A DNA stretch of 17,619 nucleotides. Origin: an uncultured Candidatus Poseidoniales archaeon. Lineage in GTDB: Archaea; Thermoplasmatota; Poseidoniia; Poseidoniales; CAYMED01. Positions within the stretch are counted from its first letter, which is position 1. Every line of letters begins with the position of its first letter. The notes beneath the pieces are model-generated. The model worked only from the letters and a program-made list of their open reading frames with translations. It did not search any database and was not told the DNA's origin. The position numbers and the translations under genes were made by a program. Below, one piece after another: positions 1-7,811 of this stretch. The DNA is taken from the NCBI GenBank assembly GCA_964389655.1, contig CAYMED010000029.1:1-17619 (forward strand), in the 5' to 3' direction.

Positions 1-51
<51 letters not shown>

Positions 52-52
52 A

Positions 53-3000
53 CCAGGGACTGACGCAAAACACCCAAATGCCAGTGATTCACCGGGTTTG
101 CCGGGTGCCGGGGGCGGATCTGGAGGATCTCTTGAACTCATTGCAAATGCAATCACACTCTCTAATGGAAGTCACATATCTGCTGCAGGGGGGGCAGGAG
201 GGGCTGGAAGCGATGCTGCATTCCCAAGTAATTTGCTCGGTTTGAGGCCTGGCGGCCACGGGGGCGGAGGAGGCGGTGGGGGCTTTGTCCGTCTTGTTAC
301 AGTGGCAGGACAACTTGTCCAATGGACAAGCCCTGATGTTTCGGGCGGGAGGGGTGGCAACGGTGGCGCCTCAAATGGATCTGGAATTGGGGGCGGAGGG
401 GCTGTGGGAATAAGTGGATCAAGTGGGGCGATTAACATCTCAACATTTGTAGGGTTTCCATTCACGCCGTTGTATACTGGAATTTCCTCAATAATATCCC
501 CCCCTCTTTCGTTTATTGAACAAGAACATCCTCTTGAAGATGGATTTCTAAAGGTCATTCATAGTGCACCTCATGGATCACAAGTTGTTGTTAAGTCGAG
601 AATTCAAATCGAAATTGGGGGTGAATGGTCGAATTGGGCCTTGCTAGAAAATTTAAGTGGCTCTGAATTACCTCGCTTTCGCTCAATTCAAGTCCTTGTT
701 GAACTCCATTCACTCGATGGAAACACAACACCATTATTCACTGGATTAGAAATATCTGGCCATTTTTGGTCTGGAATTACAGACTTATCACTCACCCCGA
801 GGGGATACACCACCCCAAAATGGTCGACCAAATGGGGAAGTGGACATGACCCCACGAACAACCCACTAGAACTGTTAGTACAACGTAATGCCACAACGAA
901 AAATGGACCGCTTGGGTCACCGTCTGGCGCGGGGAATGGAACAATTACGATATCGAATAAAGTGATTTATTCATCAAATATAACGAGCGGAACCGTTCTC
1001 ATCAAAGCAGGAGGAGAAATTGCAATTTCAATCCCAGATTTCTCGATTACTGCCAACACAATCATAATTGAAAGTGGAGGAAAAATAACATCATCTGGTT
1101 TCACAACATCAACGTCCCAAGGAGGAAATGAAACAAGGTCAAGTAATGGAAACGGAAATGGTGCAGGAGGGGCGGGACATGCTGCACAAGGAGGAAATGG
1201 GGGCGGTGTTGTCCCAAATGGGGGTTCAGCATATGGAATTGGATTTGAGGTAGGAGCAAAAGGGGGGAGTTGTTTCGAGCAAGGAGGTACATTGCTTTCA
1301 GAAGGGGGCGATGGAGGGGGAGTTATTCGCATTAATGCTGGAAAAATCATCGTGAATGGAAGCCTCACTTCAGAAGGGTTAGATGGCGCAGATGGTGTTG
1401 GGGGTGGAATTGGGAACACTGAAAGTGGAGGACATGGGGCCGGTGGTGGAAGTGGAGGATCTATCATCATCAAATCGAATGTTATGGAAATCGGCCAATA
1501 TGGCTTCGTTTCGGCCATGGGCGGGGACGGGGGTCAGGGAGGTGATGCCCTACCGGGCGGCCATGCGGAAAATGGAGGGCATGGCGGCGGAGGAGGTTCA
1601 GGGGGTTACATCTCAATTAGAACAATGCGGAATAGTTTGCTGAATAAGGGAATTATCATCGCAGATGGGGCTTATGGAGGAGTAGGTGGCAGCGGCACCG
1701 GTGGTGGAGTAAATGGGGTTGGTGGTGATTATGGTCATTTAGGAGTAATATCAACCAGTACATCCTTTGCAGGCTATCGCAGCAATGCCAATGTCAATTT
1801 AGAAGTGCCAATGCCAATTGATGGAAATTCATCTGCGGGAGAATTTCGAATTACAGCAGTTACAGACCAATTGCAATCGCCAGTTATAATCCGCCTCTCA
1901 AGCGAAGGGGGATTCAAAGAGATTGAAATGGACCCTACAATAAAATCAATTCATGATGTTGCATTGACGGGTGGAGAAATTGAAACGTTGCTCGGTCATG
2001 GAAAGCGAACTGAAAACTTGACGGATCATCTCGGAATCAAATGGATGAATCTAGACATTTCTTGGAGAATGAAGGATGGAACGATTGCTGAAAATGGGAC
2101 GGGAGTTCATTGGGAGGCTCCAAGCCTTAGTTATCACCTCAATACAACAATCGCCAAAGGTGAGGTCACCACCGTTACTAAATTGACTACTGAGACTGCC
2201 TGTGGAAGTTGGGAGTTGGCATCATCATCCTGCATACTTAGCCACATATGGGATGTTTCAGGTTCTTGGAACAATGCATCTGGTTGGATTGATATTCAGT
2301 TTATAGACCTTAAATGGATTGATGACATATTTCCAAAGATCGATCATATTAACCTTATTCGAGATGGAATTGAAACTGCTACCATCGAAGTAGGAGACAA
2401 TATGTCAATCGAAGTTCACATGAGTGTCATCGACACTACGCTCGATGTTGATGTGTGGTGGCGTACAAACCCGCTCAATTCGGGACTCACCAAAGTAGTT
2501 ACTTTGGGTTCTTCGACAACAGCTGGATCCGGAGCAAGCGATCCACAAAATACGGCTTATGTGCCTAAAATTGAAAAATGGTTGAAAGAAAATAACTCTA
2601 AATTATCCATTTCAAATCTTGGGCAAGGAGGTGCCAAAGTTGGATATTATCAGAGTAAAATAAATGAAATTCAAACACTCAGCCCCGATGTTGTAACTTT
2701 TTTGCCATTTGGTGATTATGCAAATACGCCCCCGGCGCAGTGGTGGAGCGATTATGTGCCGTTGTTAGAATCAATCGAAAATACCGGCGCACACATCTTA
2801 TTCTTCGATACTCGAATAGACCCAATGTATGTTTGCGGTAATGGGAGTGGACCTGGAGGGTGTTATCCCGCTGATGAAGCAAATGAAATCAACCAGAAAA
2901 ATGACATAATTGCCGCAATTGCCGCCAATATGAGTAACATCACAGTTATTCCATATGTTGACACCAATGCAGAGCACCCTGAATGGAATGCACCTGATGG

Positions 3001-4612
3001 ACACCCAAACGATAATGGACATGAACATATTTTCTCTGAATTCAAGGAAGCATTTGTGCAACTTCTATCCCATGATCTCCCCCCGCGTAATGGAAAAGTG
3101 GATTTAGTTTGGAACGAGGCGGTTTCAGCATGGGTGGGGGATTTGATCGAGCCAACAGGTCTTGTTCCTGAAAACGCATATGATAGTGTAATTGGGATTG
3201 ACATCATAGACAAAAGTGGAAATCGAGAAATTGATGTCTCTTATCTCCCTATACGTATCACCCCCCCCGCCCCAAGAATCGACTCATTTGAGGTCCTAGG
3301 AACTCCTGCAACGAATAATGGCTTTCGACATGATGAACCGGTTGAAATTACATTAATCGAAGGAGGAAAAAGAAGCGACATTAGCCCATTCCTTACACTG
3401 GGTAATGCCACAAAAAGTGGGGGGTCATTTACTTTCAAATCAACAGAGGTTGCCGGCACATGGAACCTCACAATCCATGCCGGGAGGGAAAATATTGGTG
3501 AATGGACACCTATAGTCGAAATTTGGGATCCATTTACGAATGGGTATCATAACACTCCAATCACTCAGAATGAAGACATCCTAATCGTTGACGAAATAGC
3601 ACCTAGTGTTGAATCTGTTGTTGGTGGATGGTTAAACAAATATGAAAGACAGTATGAAGTCGCATCAGCGTGGTCGGCTGAAGATGGAGAACGTGTTGAT
3701 GTGGAATTACATGTCCAGTCTGGATACGAGGTATTGAATAGAGCATATATGAATGGCACATTAAATCGTTCAATGCACAACGTTCTCGATTTATCAAAAT
3801 TTCAAGAAGGAAATTATTCATTGAAGTTGGTGGTTACAGATCCTGCTGGAAATTTTGCAACCGGGCCAAACCCCGCAGAAACCATCTCTATTCTTTCCAA
3901 ACCAAAACTTGTAATGAACGCCACCATCACGATTTCTGATCAAACGAAAAATAATACATCCGTATTGGTTGAAATTAATGCTACTTGTGACTCGAAATGC
4001 CCTTATGGTATCGAAATCGAACGGAACAATATAGCGCCCCTAGATACTCTAGTAACTATGGAAAATCTGACCAACGGCCTTCACCAATTTGTACTCAGTT
4101 TTTCAGAAGAGGGTTTGGTAAATTTATCAATATATATGAGGGCAGAGGGAGCAGAAACAATTGTTTTGGAAAAAAATATCTACATTGAATTAAAGAATAA
4201 CATAAGCAAAGAAAATCAAACCAGCACGCCTGTAGATGATGTGAAAGATCACAGTAAAATCGACGAATCATCTAGTAGTGATAGGTCCTCTGATGTGCTG
4301 AGCAATGGATCATCACTAGGTATCATAAAATTCCTATTTATCTTACCCATTATTGGCGTCATAGTTGGTATCGCTTCGGTGCTTTCCTCCCGAAAGTCCG
4401 AGCCTGAAAAAGAGCTCTTTTCAAGTTCGAGCGAATGGGGTTTAGGCCAGCAAATAAAGAACCCAGAAGGAGTCCAAACTGTTGAGTGGAATGAGTTACC
4501 CGCAGGAGGATCATACGTGACGGACACTGATGGAAACATGTGGTATAAAGTTGAACTGACAGGTGAGCAGTGGTTACGGGACGAAAGTGGTAAGTTTTTG
4601 CTGAAAAAATGA
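53..4612 (+). CDS. Giant glycine-rich cell-surface protein, 5'-truncated: Gly-rich blocks, Ig-like domains, embedded SGNH/GDSL hydrolase domain, C-terminal TM helix and Trp-rich tail
   Basis: Frame of ORF 98..4612 stays open upstream (PGTDAKHPNASDSPGL), so the TTG at 98 is unlikely to be the true start. Repeated GAGGGSGGSxxIxxN / GGHGGGGGxGGxxxIxT motifs. SGNH blocks VVTLGSSTTAG, NLGQGG and DGHPNDNGH (~2492-3056). Hydrophobic LGIIKFLFILPIIGVIVGIASVL (~4316-4385). Confidence 0.85.
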   Translation, partial: PGTDAKHPNASDSPGLPGAGGGSGGSLELIANAITLSNGSHISAAGGAGGAGSDAAFPSNLLGLRPGGHGGGGGGGGFVRLVTVAGQLVQWTSPDVSGGRGGNGGASNGSGIGGGGAVGISGSSGAINISTFVGFPFTPLYTGISSIISPPLSFIEQEHPLEDGFLKVIHSAPHGSQVVVKSRIQIEIGGEWSNWALLENLSGSELPRFRSIQVLVELHSLDGNTTPLFTGLEISGHFWSGITDLSLTPRGYTTPKWSTKWGSGHDPTNNPLELLVQRNATTKNGPLGSPSGAGNGTITISNKVIYSSNITSGTVLIKAGGEIAISIPDFSITANTIIIESGGKITSSGFTTSTSQGGNETRSSNGNGNGAGGAGHAAQGGNGGGVVPNGGSAYGIGFEVGAKGGSCFEQGGTLLSEGGDGGGVIRINAGKIIVNGSLTSEGLDGADGVGGGIGNTESGGHGAGGGSGGSIIIKSNVMEIGQYGFVSAMGGDGGQGGDALPGGHAENGGHGGGGGSGGYISIRTMRNSLLNKGIIIADGAYGGVGGSGTGGGVNGVGGDYGHLGVISTSTSFAGYRSNANVNLEVPMPIDGNSSAGEFRITAVTDQLQSPVIIRLSSEGGFKEIEMDPTIKSIHDVALTGGEIETLLGHGKRTENLTDHLGIKWMNLDISWRMKDGTIAENGTGVHWEAPSLSYHLNTTIAKGEVTTVTKLTTETACGSWELASSSCILSHIWDVSGSWNNASGWIDIQFIDLKWIDDIFPKIDHINLIRDGIETATIEVGDNMSIEVHMSVIDTTLDVDVWWRTNPLNSGLTKVVTLGSSTTAGSGASDPQNTAYVPKIEKWLKENNSKLSISNLGQGGAKVGYYQSKINEIQTLSPDVVTFLPFGDYANTPPAQWWSDYVPLLESIENTGAHILFFDTRIDPMYVCGNGSGPGGCYPADEANEINQKNDIIAAIAANMSNITVIPYVDTNAEHPEWNAPDGHPNDNGHEHIFSEFKEAFVQLLSHDLPPRNGKVDLVWNEAVSAWVGDLIEPTGLVPENAYDSVIGIDIIDKSGNREIDVSYLPIRITPPAPRIDSFEVLGTPATNNGFRHDEPVEITLIEGGKRSDISPFLTLGNATKSGGSFTFKSTEVAGTWNLTIHAGRENIGEWTPIVEIWDPFTNGYHNTPITQNEDILIVDEIAPSVESVVGGWLNKYERQYEVASAWSAEDGERVDVELHVQSGYEVLNRAYMNGTLNRSMHNVLDLSKFQEGNYSLKLVVTDPAGNFATGPNPAETISILSKPKLVMNATITISDQTKNNTSVLVEINATCDSKCPYGIEIERNNIAPLDTLVTMENLTNGLHQFVLSFSEEGLVNLSIYMRAEGAETIVLEKNIYIELKNNISKENQTSTPVDDVKDHSKIDESSSSDRSSDVLSNGSSLGIIKFLFILPIIGVIVGIASVLSSRKSEPEKELFSSSSEWGLGQQIKNPEGVQTVEWNELPAGGSYVTDTDGNMWYKVELTGEQWLRDESGKFLLKK

Positions 4613-4641
4613 TTGGCATCAACCATTAGGGGGCTTTTTTT
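4604..4641. terminator. Possible reciprocal oligo-T terminators at a convergent gene junction
   Basis: T7 on + at 4635-4641 just after the stop at 4612. T6 on - (A6 at 4604-4609) just after the dnaJ-like stop at 4619. Archaeal intrinsic terminators are oligo-U tracts. Both tracts also encode Lys codons. Confidence 0.35.
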
Positions 4642-5590
4642 CGTCAAATGCGCGTAGAGCATCCACTTGTTCTGATGTCAAGTCTTCGGGTAAGTCTAGA
4701 ATGAATTCAAGATCTAAATCATCACCATTGATTCCTTGGCCTGATAACCTTCGACGATCGCCAGGGCGTGATGAAGGGGGAATTTCAACGCGGAGATTGG
4801 ATCCCGTTGGTGATTTGACATCAGTGTGGCCACCAAGTAACATGGTGCTAATTGCGAGAGGGACTTCTTGGATTAATCGCCCATTATCCCAGCGCCGACC
4901 ACTTCCGGGATCAATATCAATTCTAACCAACAAATCCCCTGTTTTTCCATTCACTATTTCCTCACCCAAACTGCGGAGACGAAGGTCCTGACCATGGGTT
5001 ACGCCTTTGGGGATACGAATACTCGCTTCAACCACTTTTTTTGCGGACTTGTTCCCCTCACAAGATAAACACGGTAACCCATCTGAACCAACTCCACCCC
5101 CCCTACATGGTTTGCAGGGGATTGGGCGATCCACGCGAAGTGTACGTGTACATCCAATCTCCGCGGCCATCAAACTAATTTCAACGCGGGCGCGAAGGTC
5201 TCGCCCTTTTGGTGCTGGTTGTGTAGGGCGCGAATGCTGCCTAGGGGAGGAACCACCAAATAAATTCGAAATTAAGTCTTCAAGACCCCCCGACGTTTGT
5301 GCACGGGCAGTGCTTGGTTGTCTAAAAAAGTCAGAAAAGCCGCTTGAACCACTGAAAAGGTGCTCAAAAGTTCCACGCTCATCCCATTTTCGACGAGATT
5401 CGGGGGATCCAATTTTCTCATGGGCTTGTTGAAGTTCCTTAAAACGAGACTCTGCGGCCTCATCACCTGGGTTTCGATCGGGATGATATTGCCGGGCAAG
5501 TCGCCGATATGCGCGCCGAATCTCAGAATCACTTGCTTGTGGGTCAACTCCAAGAACTCGGTATGGATCCCCATTCTGACTTGATTTCAC
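4619..5590 (-). CDS. dnaJ: DnaJ-family co-chaperone (J domain, G/F region, half zinc finger, C-terminal domain)
   Basis: DPYRVLGV...EIRRAYRRLARQYHPDRNPGD J domain with HPD; G/F-rich linker; KGRDLRARVEISL; CKPCRGGG and CLSCEGNK; IPKGV...GDLLVRI. GTG start. Confidence 0.9.
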   Translation of the reverse strand: MKSSQNGDPYRVLGVDPQASDSEIRRAYRRLARQYHPDRNPGDEAAESRFKELQQAHEKIGSPESRRKWDERGTFEHLFSGSSGFSDFFRQPSTARAQTSGGLEDLISNLFGGSSPRQHSRPTQPAPKGRDLRARVEISLMAAEIGCTRTLRVDRPIPCKPCRGGGVGSDGLPCLSCEGNKSAKKVVEASIRIPKGVTHGQDLRLRSLGEEIVNGKTGDLLVRIDIDPGSGRRWDNGRLIQEVPLAISTMLLGGHTDVKSPTGSNLRVEIPPSSRPGDRRRLSGQGINGDDLDLEFILDLPEDLTSEQVDALRAFDEKKPPNG

Positions 5591-5615
5591 TGAAACACAT
5601 CCTATTCAATTTCAA

Positions 5616-5690
5616 TAGCGCCGCATGGATTTGAACCATGGGTCTCTGGGTTATGAGCCCAGCGTGTTATCCAGACTACACTACAGCGCT
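5616..5690 (-). tRNA. tRNA-Met (CAT), initiator; no intron, CCA not encoded
   Basis: Reverse complement AGCGCTGTAGTGTAGTCTGGATAACACGCTGGGCTCATAACCCAGAGACCCATGGTTCAAATCCATGCGGCGCTA folds as a cloverleaf. It has an A1-U72 pair, anticodon arm CTGGG-CTCATAA-CCCAG with three consecutive G-C pairs (initiator hallmarks) and T-loop TTCAAAT. Confidence 0.96.
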
Positions 5691-5826
5691 GACTTGGGCT
5701 CCGGGGGGTTCGGTAGACAAAACCTTCGCCATTCGCTTGAAACTCATTTCCCGCATAATGAAGGAAAAAAGAGAAAAATTTGCATCGGCTTCTTGGACTA
5801 TGACGCCAAGGGATGGCCGAGTTGAG

Positions 5827-6609
5827 ATGTGCGGGACGAAGAAATTTGTTTTGCTCGCCGCGTTACTTGCACTTACATCATCTCTTGCTGGGTGCACGTC
5901 AGATAATGACACACACAGTGACATCACTGTTGATCTAAAAATAGGTATGACAAATACAACTTGGGAATTACAGCGCGCCGGGGGCACGGTAATCTCAAAT
6001 GAATCGGGGGAGATATGGTTTGATTTATCAAGAAGTGAATCAAAAAACTCAGGGATTAGCAAATTTAGATTTGATTTTGGTGATGGGAGTGAAATTATTG
6101 AAGGAGAGAATGGAAATATATCCCACGAATTTGAAGGGCATGGCCTCTTTCTAGTGATTATGACTGTATTTGATGGCACTGGTGAAGAAGGACATGCAAA
6201 GTCCATGGTTCGAATCGAGCATAAAGTTAGGCAAAGTGATTCATCAAATGGAAATCCCCCAAATATCATCGTTTACACTGGAAGCAAGCATAGCCAAAAG
6301 AAGCCAGAAAGGATACATATAGAATCTGAAGTTACAAATACTGAACAAGGAACTAGTGTCATCAGCCTTGGTGGGCCCATTGATGTTACATGGACCCTAA
6401 ATGACAATGATGGAAACAAACTAGGACAAAAGTCTGCCACAATAGATGATGGAAACACGGCAGTAGTAACATTCGATCAAGATGGCGAATCGGGGATTCT
6501 AGGGGAATGGTTACTAATCATAGAAATTGATGGCCAAAATGATCAAAACATACAAGCCTCCACAACAGGATTGGTTGAATACCCACATTTAGAATATACT
6601 GAGACTTAA
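5827..6609 (+). CDS. PKD-domain lipoprotein
   Basis: Start moved to ATG 5827 because the longer ORF overlaps the tRNA. MCGTKKFVLLAALLALTSSLAG-C is a signal peptide with LAGC lipobox. PKD-like FDLSRS...FRFDFGDGS...ISHEF...G.FLVIMTVFDGTG, followed by a second beta-rich domain. Confidence 0.8.
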   Translation: MCGTKKFVLLAALLALTSSLAGCTSDNDTHSDITVDLKIGMTNTTWELQRAGGTVISNESGEIWFDLSRSESKNSGISKFRFDFGDGSEIIEGENGNISHEFEGHGLFLVIMTVFDGTGEEGHAKSMVRIEHKVRQSDSSNGNPPNIIVYTGSKHSQKKPERIHIESEVTNTEQGTSVISLGGPIDVTWTLNDNDGNKLGQKSATIDDGNTAVVTFDQDGESGILGEWLLIIEIDGQNDQNIQASTTGLVEYPHLEYTET

Positions 6610-6614
6610 GCGAC

Positions 6615-6677
6615 TCAATTCACTTTCACTTTCAGTTACGGGAGTGATTTATTGGTTGATAAGTGAAAGTGAAATGA
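6615..6677. promoter_or_regulatory. Putative radA promoter flanked by inverted TTTCACTTTCA boxes
   Basis: TTTCACTTTCA at 6624-6634 (+) and 6664-6674 (-). The 17-bp arms 6615-6631 and 6661-6677 match 16/17 as an inverted repeat. TATA-like TTTATT at 6648-6653 lies between them. Confidence 0.7.
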
Positions 6678-6689
6678 CAGAGTTTGGGG

Positions 6690-7721
6690 ATGACAATGGC
6701 CCAAGCAAAAGCAAAGAACAGTAAGAAGAGCAAGAAGGACGAAAAACCCGAGGAACTACCACCCGATAATATGGTGGATGCCGAGGAGCCGTTGATTGAA
6801 GATCTGCCGGGTGTTGGGCCGGCAACTGCAGAGAAACTTAGGGATGCTGGCTTTGATGATATGCTAACTATCGCCGTCATGTCCCCTAGCGATTTAGCAG
6901 ATGATATTGAAATCGGAGAGTCGTCTGCTGCAAAAATTATCGCTGGAGCAAAAAGAATGGCAAACATTGGTGGCTTCCTGACAGGTAGTGATCTTCTTGA
7001 AAGACGACGAAAGGTACAGAAATTGACCTGCCAAAGTAGTTCACTAGACAATCTCTTGGGCGGGGGCTTTGAAACACAATCCATTGCTGAAGTATATGGT
7101 GAATTTGGTAGTGGGAAAACACAAATTGGGCATCAACTGGCAGTAACTGCAACAATGCCACTTACAGAACGCGGGTTAGATGGTGAGGTGTTTTACATAG
7201 ATACTGAAGATACATTCAGGCCTGAAAGAATTATACAAATGGCAACTGGTTTGAATTTGGATCCTGACAAAATTTTGGCACAAATACATGTTGCTAGAGC
7301 ATATAATTCAGCACATCAAGTACTCTTAGTTGATGAAATAAAGAGATCAACAAAAAATCATAATGTTAAATTAGTGATTGTGGATAGCCTGACGGCTCAT
7401 TTCCGAGCAGAATTTGTCGGCAGAGGTATGCTGGCGGATAGGCAGCAACGACTTAACCGACACATGCATGATTTGAAACAAATTGCTGACATAAATAATG
7501 CACTTGTTTTGGTAACAAATCAAGTCCAATCAAAACCAGATGCATTTTTCGGAGACCCAAATAGGCCAATTGGCGGACATATTGTGGGACATGCTAGCAC
7601 ATTCCGACTTTATCTGCGTAAGGCCAAGGCGGGGCGCCGTATTGCACGTCTAGTAGATAGTCCTAATTTACCCGAAGGTGAAGCTGTGTTTAGCGTATTA
7701 GAAGAAGGACTACGCGATTGA
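6690..7721 (+). CDS. radA: DNA repair and recombination protein RadA
   Basis: N-terminal Hh[16 protein letters not shown]; Walker A GEFGSGKT; [13 protein letters not shown]; Walker B LVIVDS; VTNQV; [10 protein letters not shown]. No intein. Start is ATG 6690 or 6696. Confidence 0.97.
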   Translation: MTMAQAKAKNSKKSKKDEKPEELPPDNMVDAEEPLIEDLPGVGPATAEKLRDAGFDDMLTIAVMSPSDLADDIEIGESSAAKIIAGAKRMANIGGFLTGSDLLERRRKVQKLTCQSSSLDNLLGGGFETQSIAEVYGEFGSGKTQIGHQLAVTATMPLTERGLDGEVFYIDTEDTFRPERIIQMATGLNLDPDKILAQIHVARAYNSAHQVLLVDEIKRSTKNHNVKLVIVDSLTAHFRAEFVGRGMLADRQQRLNRHMHDLKQIADINNALVLVTNQVQSKPDAFFGDPNRPIGGHIVGHASTFRLYLRKAKAGRRIARLVDSPNLPEGEAVFSVLEEGLRD

Positions 7722-7811
7722 TGCGGCTATCGAGAAAGATGGCTTTAATCGGCTTGTTGACCATAATGTCGGGCGACATCTTGAAGCGGGTTGAGATATC
7801 CACTCGCATAC

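Noticed and set aside
172-1518. Pro-rich minus-strand ORFs (172..558, 967..1518)
   Set aside because: Antisense shadows of GGN glycine codons.
5591-5700. tRNA as integration site of a provirus or island
   Set aside because: No integrase, no duplicated tRNA 3' end seen, and the flanking genes look chromosomal.
5638-5826. N-terminal extension of the PKD lipoprotein ORF, and ORF 5625..5825
   Set aside because: Both overlap the tRNA antisense. The signal peptide and lipobox begin at ATG 5827.
6690-7721. Intein in RadA
   Set aside because: Normal length, and the sequence around Walker A is continuous.
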